A stretch of DNA of 64,000 bases, taken from the IMG/VR virus record IMGVR_UViG_3300005937_000013; one strand, 5' to 3'. Source of the DNA: an uncultured virus (IMG/VR IMGVR_UViG_3300005937_000013). Its lineage: Duplodnaviria; Heunggongvirae; Uroviricota; Caudoviricetes. Shown here piece after piece: positions 1 to 9,692 of the stretch. Under the pieces are notes generated by a model that saw nothing but the letters and a program-made list of their open reading frames with translations, did no database searches and was not told the DNA's origin. The first letter of the stretch is position 1; each line of letters begins with the position of its first letter. Position numbers and translations under genes: made by a program.

Positions 1-1320
1 CCGCATGTCATCGTCAGGGATGGCGCTGAGTAGAAACTCCTCCCAGATCGGGTCGCGTGCGTCACGGTGATACTCCACCGTGCATGAGCGGGTGATCAGG
101 TCACCCGGGTCGGGTGAGCGAAGTATGAAGGTACGAAGATCAAGGGTCCCGTTCTGAAAGTTGACGAGCATCGGATCACTGTCAAGCTCGCTAACGTCTC
201 TCGTCATATAGTCCTCGGCGAGCTTGAGTGTTGCGTCTCGTCCAGGACGATTCTCGATACGGCGGATCCGCTTCCACAGCAGTTCGATGTTCTCGTCAAC
301 ACGATCAACACGGGCAAGCATCTGATCAGCGAGGACACCTGCGTACAGCTTGTGCTGGGTATGATCGAGTTTCCACCGTAACCCGTCCCACGCTAGCCAT
401 CCGAGCTCAGGCACGTAGATCACCTTGTCCCAGAAGATGGCCGCGTAGTCGAGTGAGTTGAACCGATCTGTATCGCGTACCTTCAGGTTCTTGACGTCAA
501 GCTCGGGCTCCCCTATCTCGTCATCTGGTTCTCGCTTACAGGCTGACTTGGTGATCGTCTCAAGCTCATCAGTACCGAGTGGAGGTTGGCACCGCTTCTC
601 GTTGACGTCGTAGAGGTATCCGAGGATGGCGTGGAACGACATCCCCTTACCACGGCAGTGCCAGGCGATGCGGTTGAGCGTGTCGTTCCGCTTGCTCTCA
701 GGGATGGGTGGACCGTCTACCGTGTGATCGATCCACTCTGGCTTTCGCTTCTGTCCGGGGGGCGTGACCTCCACCAGCTCGATCATCCACTGGGGAGCTG
801 GCTGGATGACATCGAGGTTGATCCAGGCATACACTAGCCCGGTCTCGGGGTGGATGGACGGGGGTGCGGCGACCTGTCCCCCCACCCCGCGTACGTCCAC
901 CCCGGGGAGCAGCCCGACCTTGTTGGGGACGTGCCAGTTGCCCACCACGTAGTAGAACAGCTGGATCCCGCCACCACCGGTCCGCTGGGTGAGCGTGGAG
1001 GGAGCCGGCTCGTGTCCCCTCGCGATGCGCCACTCGTCCATGGACTGGCCACCGTTGCCACCCTCGGGAAGCAGGTCCAGGTCTATGACGAAGTACGTGC
1101 GGTCGTGCTCCGGCACGTAGCCGAGCACGAGCCCGATGTTGTAGTTCGCGTACTGTTGCTCCCAGACCTCGAGAACCGCAGGATCATTGCTGGCTACGTT
1201 GACCCAGTCGGGAAGGACAGGACGCTTGCCGATGAGGGGATGGATCCTGAGCCCGAGAGGAAGCAGACTTCGCCACCCGTTGAGGAAGGGGGCGTTACCG
1301 TTATGTGGTTCACTGGCCAC
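1..1320 (-). CDS. Prim-Pol primase fused to D5/P4-like helicase (runs off the left edge; absent from the ORF track)
   Basis: Manual translation from GTG at 1320 (RBS GGAGG): ...GKRPVLPDW...NYNIGLVLG...YFVIDLD...TGGGGIQLFY...GVDVRGVGGQVAAPPSIH (Prim-Pol motifs); near position 1 LVNFQNGTLDLRT...DLITRSC...PIWEEFL (D5_N-like). Confidence 0.85.
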   Translation of the reverse strand, partial: MASEPHNGNAPFLNGWRSLLPLGLRIHPLIGKRPVLPDWVNVASNDPAVLEVWEQQYANYNIGLVLGYVPEHDRTYFVIDLDLLPEGGNGGQSMDEWRIARGHEPAPSTLTQRTGGGGIQLFYYVVGNWHVPNKVGLLPGVDVRGVGGQVAAPPSIHPETGLVYAWINLDVIQPAPQWMIELVEVTPPGQKRKPEWIDHTVDGPPIPESKRNDTLNRIAWHCRGKGMSFHAILGYLYDVNEKRCQPPLGTDELETITKSACKREPDDEIGEPELDVKNLKVRDTDRFNSLDYAAIFWDKVIYVPELGWLAWDGLRWKLDHTQHKLYAGVLADQMLARVDRVDENIELLWKRIRRIENRPGRDATLKLAEDYMTRDVSELDSDPMLVNFQNGTLDLRTFILRSPDPGDLITRSCTVEYHRDARDPIWEEFLLSAIPDDDMR

Positions 1321-1472
1321 GTTCCTCCACCTAGACGGATATGTGGCCAGGGCCGGTCGACCGACGGCGACCCCGGCAGGAGAGCGTTGAGGAGAGCTAT
1401 CTTAGCTCGCGGGTTTGCGTGGGCCAGCACCGTGGTATATTGGTGAGACCGACGGTGACCCCGCCCAGACGA

Positions 1473-1501
1473 ACGCCCCCTCCTTGAGAAAGAGGGGGCG
1501 T
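1473..1501. terminator. GC-rich hairpin between the histone-like gene and the primase
   Basis: ACGCCCCCTC (1473-1482) / GAGGGGGCGT (1492-1501) perfect 10-bp inverted repeat. Confidence 0.45.
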
Positions 1502-1582
1502 CGTCACGTCTACGGGAGCATAGAGAGGGCCGGGACCCCGCCGCGGAATCCCGGCCTCTCCTGTCGCCGCTCCCCTGGCGAT

Positions 1583-2071
1583 CTAGCGGCCCTTGCCGCT
1601 TACCCAGACAGCGTTGCGGGTGGAGCCCGAACGGTGGACCTTCTCCGCCTTGCGGAGACGCCACACGCTCTCGTAGGCGAGCTGACGGGTGCAGTCCACG
1701 GCCTCGGCCACCTGCACGAGGGTCAGACCCTCCTTGCCCGACGCCTTGATCACCTCGAGGATCTTGGCGTCCCGCTCCACGACGTCCTCCGAGCGCCGAC
1801 CACCAGCGCCCACCGGCTTCACGATGCCAGGACCATCGCGCCGTGCCTTGCCCTCGTTGACGAGCTTGGTGACGGCCTTGCGGGCCGTGTCCTGGGTGAC
1901 GCCAGCCTGTGCGGCCAGGTCCTTCACCGCGATCCCCTCGGCGCCCGAGCTCTTGACGAGCTTGGTGATCTTCTCGAGCGGGGTCGCAGCCTTGGTGGTC
2001 TTGGCCGCCCGCTTGGCGGGCGCCTTCTTCGTGCCCGCCTTCTTGGCGGGTGCCTTGGTCCCTGCTGGCAT
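1583..2071 (-). CDS. Histone-like DNA-binding protein (PAKKA tail plus two winged-helix-like domains)
   Basis: N-terminal KAPAKKAGTKKAPAKRAAK; two HTH-like repeats (VKDLAAQAGVTQDTARKAV, LVQVAEAVDCTRQLAYESVW). Confidence 0.7.
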   Translation of the reverse strand: MPAGTKAPAKKAGTKKAPAKRAAKTTKAATPLEKITKLVKSSGAEGIAVKDLAAQAGVTQDTARKAVTKLVNEGKARRDGPGIVKPVGAGGRRSEDVVERDAKILEVIKASGKEGLTLVQVAEAVDCTRQLAYESVWRLRKAEKVHRSGSTRNAVWVSGKGR

Positions 2072-2107
2072 GTCGGTCCCTTTCGGTCGGGTGGGTGGTT
2101 GTCTGGG

Positions 2108-3358
2108 TCATTGTATCACAGCCGTCTTGTAGCTGTTGGTGAAGTCGAGCAGATGTTCCCGATCACCGATCATCTCGCCCGTGTATCCGCCCGGCTCGCC
2201 CAGGATCGCGTTCCTGACCCACCCCGAGATCCAGCGTCCACAGTCCACCGGGATGCCCTTGCCCCACGTCTGGCGGATGATCCCCCGCTGGTCCCTGAAC
2301 GACTCGATGAGCCAGGAGTCGGGGAACCCCATGATCCGGGCTACCTCACGGTGGGTAAGGCCACGATCCTGCATCGGGTGGAGGACCGACTCTAACCCAG
2401 CACCCGTGATGACGCGGGCAGGTTCCTTCCATCTCCACCGGGTGAGTTGACTCGCACCACACCAGAAACGTGGCTCGGTCTCCCCGTCGTAGACCCGCAT
2501 CAGGTTCGGTGCGCGGGTGGCCCAGCTCTTGTGAAGGTCGCCATAGATCCGCCAATACTTGAGCATCCGCTGCTGCAGCCGCTCTCCCTCCAACCAGGGA
2601 CCCGTCTCGTCGGTGATGAGGTCGAGCGACTTCCTGATGTACGTGGAGTCGTAGTATTCGTGCCCGTCCACGTAGCCACTTCGTGACCTTCTCGGCTCGG
2701 CCCACCAGGATGCCTCCTCGGTGTAGGGCTGGGGCTCGTACTGGAACCACTCGAGCTCGAGCAGGTCACCGATCACCGACTCGAGCGAGGGGATCCGCTC
2801 GACCTTGGGTGGCTCGATCCCGAAGGGGATCTGCGTGAGCACCCAGAAGTACCGCTTTCTCTGGGCACACCCGCCCACGCTCACGGCGTTGTGCAGCACG
2901 TGGTAGAGGGTCCACCGTCTCCCCGTGATCGTCTCCACCTTGTCACGGAGAGACTGCATGAGTGACTGGCCCTTCTTGAACGCGGCCTGGACGCTCTCGA
3001 ACACCATGACCTGGGGATAGCACCGGGCACCGTACTCGGCGAACGCCCACATGCAGTCGTTGATCTTCGAGTCCATCCCCCGGAACGCCTTGGGCGAGAG
3101 GGTGGAGAACCCGGAACACGGTGGGTTGCCGAACACGTAGTTCACCGCGACGGGTTCCCACTCCGCGGGGTCGCTCACCTGGGACGCCCACTGGTACCCG
3201 AGCAGGTGCCGGTTGGCCTCACAGTTGAACACCCCGAAGCCACCCTTCATCTCACGCTTACCCACGAGTCGGAATCCCGCCTGGACCGTGCCGAGGGTGA
3301 ACCCCCCGGCAAAGCCCTGGCAGTCAACCGCGGTGACGTCAGCTAGGGGCTGGGTCAT
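2108..3358 (-). CDS. DNA cytosine-C5 methyltransferase-like enzyme with atypical cofactor motifs
   Basis: Motif IV GNPPC(81)SGFS, VI FE(121)SV, VIII QKRKRYF, IX HREVARIMGFP, X WGKGIP; motif I reads DCQGFAGG. Confidence 0.85.
   Translation of the reverse strand: MTQPLADVTAVDCQGFAGGFTLGTVQAGFRLVGKREMKGGFGVFNCEANRHLLGYQWASQVSDPAEWEPVAVNYVFGNPPCSGFSTLSPKAFRGMDSKINDCMWAFAEYGARCYPQVMVFESVQAAFKKGQSLMQSLRDKVETITGRRWTLYHVLHNAVSVGGCAQRKRYFWVLTQIPFGIEPPKVERIPSLESVIGDLLELEWFQYEPQPYTEEASWWAEPRRSRSGYVDGHEYYDSTYIRKSLDLITDETGPWLEGERLQQRMLKYWRIYGDLHKSWATRAPNLMRVYDGETEPRFWCGASQLTRWRWKEPARVITGAGLESVLHPMQDRGLTHREVARIMGFPDSWLIESFRDQRGIIRQTWGKGIPVDCGRWISGWVRNAILGEPGGYTGEMIGDREHLLDFTNSYKTAVIQ
2110..2118 (-). promoter_or_regulatory. 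Extended -10 promoter (TGA-TACAAT) upstream of the histone-like gene
   Basis: Minus strand reads TGTGATACAAT about 40 nt before the ATG at 2071. Confidence 0.5.
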
Positions 3359-3965
3359 GCCCGGCCGTCACTAGGTAGTTGATCCGTCCGCAATAGCACT
3401 TAAACGGCACGGCGAGCCTGTCCTCCTCGCGACGATACCTTTCTGGTATTTCGGCAGGAATGCCGTCCTCGATGGCTCGTCCACAGTCCGGGCACTTGGT
3501 CCCGATCACCTGGTAGCCACCGGGCGTCTCCTGCCGCTCCTGGTTGATCTTCGCCTTCTGCATGTACCGGTTGTAGAACTCGTATGACAGGTCAGGTATG
3601 GTCTGCCTCTCGAGCTTCGCCACGAGGATGGCGTTCATCAGAAAGTGCCAGGCGTCGACCAGCTCCTTGAGGTACGCGTCCCGGTTGAAGAACTCATCGG
3701 TAGCCCACGGCTTCCACGACACCTCGTCCAGGGCCTCGCCGAGCTCCTTGATGAGCGCGGTGTGGTTCCACGACAGGTAGTAGGCTCGGTCGTCCGCGTC
3801 CACCACCGGGAGACACTTGAAGATGTCCACCTGTAGCTCGTACTGCCGACGGAGCATTGCTCCGAGGGTGTCTCCACTGACGGGGTTCGGCTCGTCGATG
3901 GACTCTACGCCACCTGCGAGGTGCTGTGGTCGATACCCAGCATCCGTCCGATCGTCTTCAGGCAC
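3339..3965 (-). CDS. Dimeric all-alpha dUTPase/MazG-like NTP pyrophosphatase with C-terminal Zn ribbon
   Basis: ALIKELGEALDEVSWKPW...KELVDAWHFLMN; CPDC...CYC; GTG at 3965 preceded by GAGAGAGGAG. Confidence 0.8.
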   Translation of the reverse strand: MPEDDRTDAGYRPQHLAGGVESIDEPNPVSGDTLGAMLRRQYELQVDIFKCLPVVDADDRAYYLSWNHTALIKELGEALDEVSWKPWATDEFFNRDAYLKELVDAWHFLMNAILVAKLERQTIPDLSYEFYNRYMQKAKINQERQETPGGYQVIGTKCPDCGRAIEDGIPAEIPERYRREEDRLAVPFKCYCGRINYLVTAGHDPAPS

Positions 3966-5251
3966 AGGTTCTCCTCTCTCGCTACGTTGTAGACCGCCCG
4001 CTGCATCTGGACGAGCCACAACCAGTCGGCCTCGTTGGTGTTCAGGTGATCCACCCGTCTGCGTAGCTCCGTCACCGTCCTGGGACGGAGCCAGTGGATG
4101 AGTGCGCGCATGTCAGGATTCAGCTCATCTCCCATCTCCTCGGCCTGCCTGAGGGTCGGGATGATGTGACCCTGGTCATCGTACTTCGGGTGAAAGAAGC
4201 ACACCGTCCCGTTCGCGAACATCTCCCACGCCTTCGGGGTCGCCCAGCTCATGTGGAGCTTGATCGGGACCGCCAGGGTGGACCGCACCGTGGTGAGGAG
4301 CTGCGAGAGCGAGTGCCAGGGGTAGGGCGTGATGTCAGGAGCTCGCTTCTTGTCCCAGTTCCCCACGATCCAGTCGGGAAAGAGGGGCCGGATCCACTGC
4401 TTCAGAACCTCGTCTCTTCCTGAGGCAGCACGGGACTGGTTGATCATCACCCCGAACCGTCTCCGTCCCTCCCACTGGTCGTTGAACGGGGTGCTAGAGG
4501 GCACGCAGCTCCCCAGCTCGAGCCCAGCGTACTCGTAGGTCAGGTCCCACTCCCAGCATCCCGGGTGCTTCTTGTGGATCCGGGCGATGTCCCCGTAGCC
4601 CCATGCCTCGGGCTCGAGCGGTTCCCACCCGTAGCGGTACGCGGCCTGCTTGCTGACAAAGTCGTACTGGCTCACCACGTGGGACCGCTGGGGCCAGGCC
4701 AGGTCCCTCGCCTTCAGCTTGTTCCAGATGTCGGAACAGAGCCAGATCGGCTCCCGGTGGTGGTAGTCCTCGCTCCGCCACTCGTTGAGCCAGCGGAAGA
4801 TGTAGCTCACGCACCGTATGTAGATCATCCGCGAGACCCCGAGGCCGATGGTCCCGTCCACCTTCGGGATGGGCTGGTTGATCGTGTCGTTCTGGCCCAT
4901 CCAGATCATGATGGTGTCGCACGAGTCCAGGATCGGCTTCCAGATGTCCGTCATGTACTTGATGTACGTGATCGAGTTCTCGACGGGTGGGGTCCCCTCG
5001 ACGTTGATCACCCGCTCGGCACGGCGAACGTCCCCCTTGAGCTCGACCATGGGGTTGGTCACGTTGGACGGGAGCCCGACCTCACCAGGGACAGCCCCGT
5101 CGTTGTGGCCCACCAGCACGAACTCGATCTCGGGGTACTCGCGGGCCAGGCGGTTGACGAGCATGGGGGCCTCCCAGTCGCCTCCAACTGCGTTCCACCC
5201 CGCGGGGTCATACGCCTGGGTTCGCCCCACCTTCGTGTACGCGACCCTCAC
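3905..5251 (-). CDS. GT-B glycosyltransferase, probably DNA-modifying
   Basis: N-terminal VGGDWE loop; C-terminal TPKAWEMFANGTVCFFHP (GT-B K..E.motif); sits among DNA-modification genes. Confidence 0.65.
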   Translation of the reverse strand: MRVAYTKVGRTQAYDPAGWNAVGGDWEAPMLVNRLAREYPEIEFVLVGHNDGAVPGEVGLPSNVTNPMVELKGDVRRAERVINVEGTPPVENSITYIKYMTDIWKPILDSCDTIMIWMGQNDTINQPIPKVDGTIGLGVSRMIYIRCVSYIFRWLNEWRSEDYHHREPIWLCSDIWNKLKARDLAWPQRSHVVSQYDFVSKQAAYRYGWEPLEPEAWGYGDIARIHKKHPGCWEWDLTYEYAGLELGSCVPSSTPFNDQWEGRRRFGVMINQSRAASGRDEVLKQWIRPLFPDWIVGNWDKKRAPDITPYPWHSLSQLLTTVRSTLAVPIKLHMSWATPKAWEMFANGTVCFFHPKYDDQGHIIPTLRQAEEMGDELNPDMRALIHWLRPRTVTELRRRVDHLNTNEADWLWLVQMQRAVYNVAREENLCLKTIGRMLGIDHSTSQVA

Positions 5252-5729
5252 GCCACCACTCCGTGTTCGAGCTGGTGGACGTGACGGTAGCCGTCTGGCT
5301 CGTGACGTGTACTGCCAGAAGTGGGAGCATCTGGGGTCGCCACCACTCCTCGCCCGGTCTCGGGGGAAGCAGCCGGTTGGCTGTCAGGCTGCTCGCGTGG
5401 GGGTCCAGGATCGGGAGCTTGGTGTTCTTGTCTCGGAACCATTCCATCTCCTCGTGCATACACAGCCACAGGTACTCGTAGAGCACCCACGACAGCAACG
5501 TCTCCTCGTCCTTGTCGGCGCCGAGAGGCATGTCTCGTGGCATGTAGAGCTCGACGTCCTTCTGTTGGCGAGACGGGTTGGCCTCGTATCGGGTGTTCTT
5601 GACCCACGCCCGGATCACCAGACGGTAGTGGGTGATGCTCCCGGGGTTGTGGTGGAGTGTCAACGTCCATCCCGGTCGGGGAGCGATCTGCTCCACCAGC
5701 TCCATCGCCTCATCCGGCTCGAGTGTCAT
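5208..5729 (-). CDS. Hypothetical protein
   Basis: Co-oriented ORF starting MTLEPDE, overlapping neighbours. Confidence 0.55.
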   Translation of the reverse strand: MTLEPDEAMELVEQIAPRPGWTLTLHHNPGSITHYRLVIRAWVKNTRYEANPSRQQKDVELYMPRDMPLGADKDEETLLSWVLYEYLWLCMHEEMEWFRDKNTKLPILDPHASSLTANRLLPPRPGEEWWRPQMLPLLAVHVTSQTATVTSTSSNTEWWREGRVHEGGANPGV

Positions 5730-5910
5730 GTTCGCTCCACATGATCTCGTTGCCTGCCTCCCGTGACTCCTTGATCGCGATCTGGACCACGGGGCAGGCC
5801 CTCCCCTGAGCACACGTCTCGAGGTAGAAGACCTGCCCCTGGGTCCACGTCACGCACCCACAGGCCCAGTGGACCCGCTCCGTAGGTTCGGGTGCGTGAC
5901 CAGGACTCAC
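5710..5910 (-). CDS. Small Cys-rich hypothetical protein
   Basis: WACGC...C....C; GTGA overlap with the upstream stop. Confidence 0.55.
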   Translation of the reverse strand: MSPGHAPEPTERVHWACGCVTWTQGQVFYLETCAQGRACPVVQIAIKESREAGNEIMWSEHDTRAG

Positions 5911-6878
5911 ACCGGAACCTGCGGTGGGGCCGACCCCGGAGCCGGGTATGCCTGCGGCTGCGGTGTGCCCGGTGCTGGTGGTGCCGGGTACTGCTGCTCA
6001 GGAGCCTGCGGCTGCCCGGGCTGGACTCCGGGTTGCTGGCCGACCAGCTCCTGCTGGGCAGGCGGGGCTGGGAACCCACCCGGCCCCGGGGGTGGTGGAG
6101 CCGGCTGTGGTGCCGGCTGCGGCTGCTGCTGCGGGACGTTGAGGGGCTGCCCCGGAGGCCCCTGCTGCGGTGCGGGACCGTTGGGGGGCGTGGGGAACCC
6201 CTGAGGAGCCCCTGGTACGCCTGGCGAGACCCCTGCTGGTGCAGGCGTGGCTGGCGCGAAGGGGGTCTGGGGGGTGGTGGGAGCCCCAAACTGAGGAGGA
6301 GCCACGGAGGGTCCCGGAGCTGAAGGCTGCGGGTACCCCGGCTGCGGCTGGAACGGCTGCTGGAACGGCTGTCCCATCTGCGGGACGCCCGGCTGCTGGA
6401 ACTGCGGGGTCGCCATCTGTGGCTGCATCCCATATCCCGGCTGGGGTGCGGCAGGATGGGGCGTGGCACCAGCCACGGCCGGTCCCACGAAGGAGAGGTT
6501 CTGCCGACCCCCACTCGTCTCCGCCTTCACGTGTGCCGTCCGGCCATCCAGGTTGTTGGCGATCATCTGGAGGGCCTGCTGCTCGTCCATCGTCTGGAAC
6601 TGGTTGAAGAACTCCGGTCCGAGACCCAGGATCGCGAAGTTACGGAACCAGTGGAACATCGCCCCGGGGTTGTCCGGAGTAAAGACGAAGTTGTGCATGA
6701 ACGGCTTGTTGGCGTGGATGCCCTGGAGAATCCGGCACCGGGCCACGATCATCCACTTGTTGTTTCGGGACGCCTTCACCTGTGCCCCGAACAGCTGGAC
6801 GTCGTAGTCCCCGTCGGGGACCACCTCAGCTCCGCCCCCATAGTCCTGGAGGAGCTGCGAGAAGTTTACGGTTGTCAT
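5907..6878 (-). CDS. ssDNA-binding protein (DUF669-like) with long Pro/Gln-rich tail
   Basis: VPDGDYDV...KASRNNKWMI OB-like start (MTTVNF at 6878); adjacent to Sak4-like ATPase. Confidence 0.65.
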   Translation of the reverse strand: MTTVNFSQLLQDYGGGAEVVPDGDYDVQLFGAQVKASRNNKWMIVARCRILQGIHANKPFMHNFVFTPDNPGAMFHWFRNFAILGLGPEFFNQFQTMDEQQALQMIANNLDGRTAHVKAETSGGRQNLSFVGPAVAGATPHPAAPQPGYGMQPQMATPQFQQPGVPQMGQPFQQPFQPQPGYPQPSAPGPSVAPPQFGAPTTPQTPFAPATPAPAGVSPGVPGAPQGFPTPPNGPAPQQGPPGQPLNVPQQQPQPAPQPAPPPPGPGGFPAPPAQQELVGQQPGVQPGQPQAPEQQYPAPPAPGTPQPQAYPAPGSAPPQVPV

Positions 6879-6891
6879 GTCTATCCCTTCG

Positions 6892-7785
6892 CTAGCTGGT
6901 CTGGGTAGTCTGCGGCACAAGCTGTGGGAACACGCGCCACAGGACATCTCGGGTAAGGTGTGGGGTCGCCTCCCACATGTTCGCGGGTGCCACCGTGGTG
7001 GGCATCCCGCTGAGCACGGCAGGGACCCTCCGCTGGATCCGCTCTCCCGCGTAGTACAGCGGGTTGGTAGGACGGGTGAACACCTGCCGTACCTCGTAGG
7101 GCTCACCGTGCTCGTCGATGGCAAACGACCCGTCCGGGTTCTGGTAGTTGACGACCTGCAGGTAGCAGATCAGGTCGAAGAAGTAGGGCAGGGCGGTCCG
7201 GATGCCTCCCTCCATGCTGGGTGCCCACCGTCCCTCCTCGTTGATCCGTGACTCGGCCACGAACACGGCCATCTGCAGCGGGTTGGTGGGGTGCTGGGTG
7301 AGATCGCGGACACCACGGAGGAGAGCGTCCATCCGACGAAGCAGCTCACCCCAGTGGTCCTGCTTCCACTTCGACCCCTCCATCCCCGGCTCGATCTTGT
7401 CCTTGAGCTTCCGCTGGATCTCACTGATCGAGTCGAGGACCACGGTTCGGAAGTGGTGCTGGCCGGTCTCGAGGTGCTGGAGTCCGTACACCAGGTCCTC
7501 GAAGTTGTTGACCACCACGTTGGCAGCCTCCCACTGCCCGTCCCACATGGGCGGGGCGTGGACCTTCGGGTCCCAGGGGATCACCCGCATCGGGAGAAAC
7601 TTGGATGACCCCTCAGCGTCGAACACCACCAGGGGTGGTGGGGCCGTGCACGCGAGGGTGGACTTCCCGATCTTCGAGTGGGCGTGGATCACCACGCTCA
7701 TGGTGGGCAGCACGTACTGGATCGGCTGTGGTGTCCAGACCGGCTGCTGACCGTTGGGTACGTAGAGGTTGGGGTCGTAGCTCAT
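6892..7785 (-). CDS. Sak4-like AAA ATPase (AAA_24) recombination protein
   Basis: Walker A variant HAHSKIGKST, FDAEGS, Walker B VVLDSISE, ALPYFFDLICYL. Confidence 0.8.
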   Translation of the reverse strand: MSYDPNLYVPNGQQPVWTPQPIQYVLPTMSVVIHAHSKIGKSTLACTAPPPLVVFDAEGSSKFLPMRVIPWDPKVHAPPMWDGQWEAANVVVNNFEDLVYGLQHLETGQHHFRTVVLDSISEIQRKLKDKIEPGMEGSKWKQDHWGELLRRMDALLRGVRDLTQHPTNPLQMAVFVAESRINEEGRWAPSMEGGIRTALPYFFDLICYLQVVNYQNPDGSFAIDEHGEPYEVRQVFTRPTNPLYYAGERIQRRVPAVLSGMPTTVAPANMWEATPHLTRDVLWRVFPQLVPQTTQTS

Positions 7786-8081
7786 CGGAGCTTCCCTCGC
7801 AGGATCAGCCAGCGGAAGCAGGCATCATCTCGTAGCTCTGCTAGGTATTCGTTCGTCAGTTCATCCTTTCGATGATGACTCGCGTCCCAGTTGTTGAAGG
7901 TTCGCTGGGCAGCCTCGACAAATGTGAGTTTGTCCGCAGCGTGCATCCGACCAGCCGCGATGTCAGTAGCTAGACGGTGATACTGTTCTCCCAGCAGAGC
8001 GATTCGTAGATGACCTACTGGTTGCTTGATCCACCAGTCGAGCCACGCCTGGTCGGCCTCAGGCACGGTCATGTCGATCAT
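7782..8081 (-). CDS. Hypothetical protein
   Basis: ATGA-coupled ORF in the operon. Confidence 0.55.
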   Translation of the reverse strand: MIDMTVPEADQAWLDWWIKQPVGHLRIALLGEQYHRLATDIAAGRMHAADKLTFVEAAQRTFNNWDASHHRKDELTNEYLAELRDDACFRWLILRGKLR

Positions 8082-9676
8082 GACTGCACCACCGCCGGCT
8101 CGTACCGCTTGAGCGGGTTGACGGACACCAGGGTCTCGGCGATCATGGCCTCAGCCCCCGCGGGGGTGTGGTCCATCATCGGGCACAGGGCGAAGAACTC
8201 ACACTTCCACGAGCACGAGTCAGACCAGCGGGGTGGACACACCTCGTGGTGATCGTGACCCGCGTCGAGCATGGCCCGTGCCTCGGTGATCCGACTGAGC
8301 CGTCCCTTGATCCGCTGCCAGTGAGCCTGGAGCTGCTCGAGGTTGTGGGTGACCGGTTCCCGCATGTAGAACGGCGGCTTGGCCTGGGCTGTCCGCTTGA
8401 CCTTGCGGGCCATGTTATAGAGCGCCCCCGCGGTCCGAAGCTCCCGGTCCAGTCCGTCCTCCACGAGCTTCAGGTACTCGATGAGGTGGTAGGTGAGCAT
8501 CTGCTCGTTCCCCACCAGGCCCTTGAGCGCGTCCTTGAACGACCCCACGGTCTTGTGGTCGAGGAACCGCCGAGCTCCGTCCCTCTCGTCCTCAGCCCTC
8601 ACGTCCAGCTTGGCGATGAGCCTCACGTGTTCGAGTCCCGGGATGCCGGGGTTGGCGAGCACCACCTGCTCGGACCCGATGATGGTGAGTCCCACGTCCG
8701 CGGAGGTTTCCTGCACCCAGGCGAAGTACCCCTCGATCATGGCCCGCACCATGTCGGTCTCGGAGTTGAACTCCTTGAACGTCTCCTCGCTGGCCTCCTC
8801 GGTCTCGAGCTGCTGCTGCCGCTCCTTGGTCCTCTCGTTGAACACCTCCCACGGGTCACCTGGTTCCGGCTGATACCACGCCTCCAGGGCCTCATGGAAC
8901 CGGGTCCCCATCATGGCGGGACCGGTCACCTTCTCCCCCGGTGGACCCACCCGTCGGTAGTTCTGGAGGTACCAGCGTCGGGGACAGTCCGCGAAGGTGG
9001 TCATCTCCCCGTTGGCGACGTACCACACGTTCGGGTCAAACGCGATGGTCTGGGCCGGTGGGGTTGAGAAGGTGGTCTCAGGAGCGGGCTGTGCTGGTGT
9101 GGGCTGTGGTGTGGGCTCAGGGTCGTACCAGTCGTCCTCGTCGACCTCCTCGTCGGTGTAGGACGGGGAGGGGGTCTCGGGAGCTGGGGGTACCGAGTCC
9201 ACGTCCTCCCCGTCCTCATCTCGGATCCACACGTCCACGTTACGGATCCACTCGTCGATGACGTGGAAGTCGTCCCTGGGTGCAGTCTCCAGGCGGTACT
9301 GGCTGGGCCAGGGGTAGGGCGGGATACGGCCGTTGAGACGCTGCATGATCTCGAGGTAGCGATTACCGAGCCCCATCCGCTCCTCCTCGATCGCCCGGGT
9401 CGCCATGTTCTCCTGCTGCTGCTCGGGGATGGGCTCGGTGGGACCCTCCTCCGGTCGCTCCTCGGTGTCCGTCGCCATGAGGGCCGGATCTATCAGGTCC
9501 CCGATGAAGGGCCTGAGCGCCGTGATCTCGCCTGGCTTGAGTCTCCGTCCGTGCTCGAGGGCGTGGACCCGGTTCTCCGTGATCCCGGTGGCCTCGGCGT
9601 ACACCCGGCGGGACATCTCCCGCCTCTCCGTGCGATCGTGTTTGATCGCCTCCTCTACCGACATGTGGTCCGGCAT
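8078..9676 (-). CDS. Cas4/RecB-like PD-(D/E)XK exonuclease with N-terminal HTH and acidic linker
   Basis: CPRRWY, GTRFHEALE, AKLD...DHKT, C-terminal CSWKCEFFALC; start MPDHMS after GGAGGAG. Confidence 0.8.
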   Translation of the reverse strand: MPDHMSVEEAIKHDRTERREMSRRVYAEATGITENRVHALEHGRRLKPGEITALRPFIGDLIDPALMATDTEERPEEGPTEPIPEQQQENMATRAIEEERMGLGNRYLEIMQRLNGRIPPYPWPSQYRLETAPRDDFHVIDEWIRNVDVWIRDEDGEDVDSVPPAPETPSPSYTDEEVDEDDWYDPEPTPQPTPAQPAPETTFSTPPAQTIAFDPNVWYVANGEMTTFADCPRRWYLQNYRRVGPPGEKVTGPAMMGTRFHEALEAWYQPEPGDPWEVFNERTKERQQQLETEEASEETFKEFNSETDMVRAMIEGYFAWVQETSADVGLTIIGSEQVVLANPGIPGLEHVRLIAKLDVRAEDERDGARRFLDHKTVGSFKDALKGLVGNEQMLTYHLIEYLKLVEDGLDRELRTAGALYNMARKVKRTAQAKPPFYMREPVTHNLEQLQAHWQRIKGRLSRITEARAMLDAGHDHHEVCPPRWSDSCSWKCEFFALCPMMDHTPAGAEAMIAETLVSVNPLKRYEPAVVQS

Positions 9677-9692
9677 CTTGTCTCTCCTCCGT

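Noticed and set aside
8078..9676. Cas4-like gene as part of a CRISPR-Cas system
   Set aside because: No other cas genes or array; it sits with Sak4 and SSB, the usual phage recombination trio
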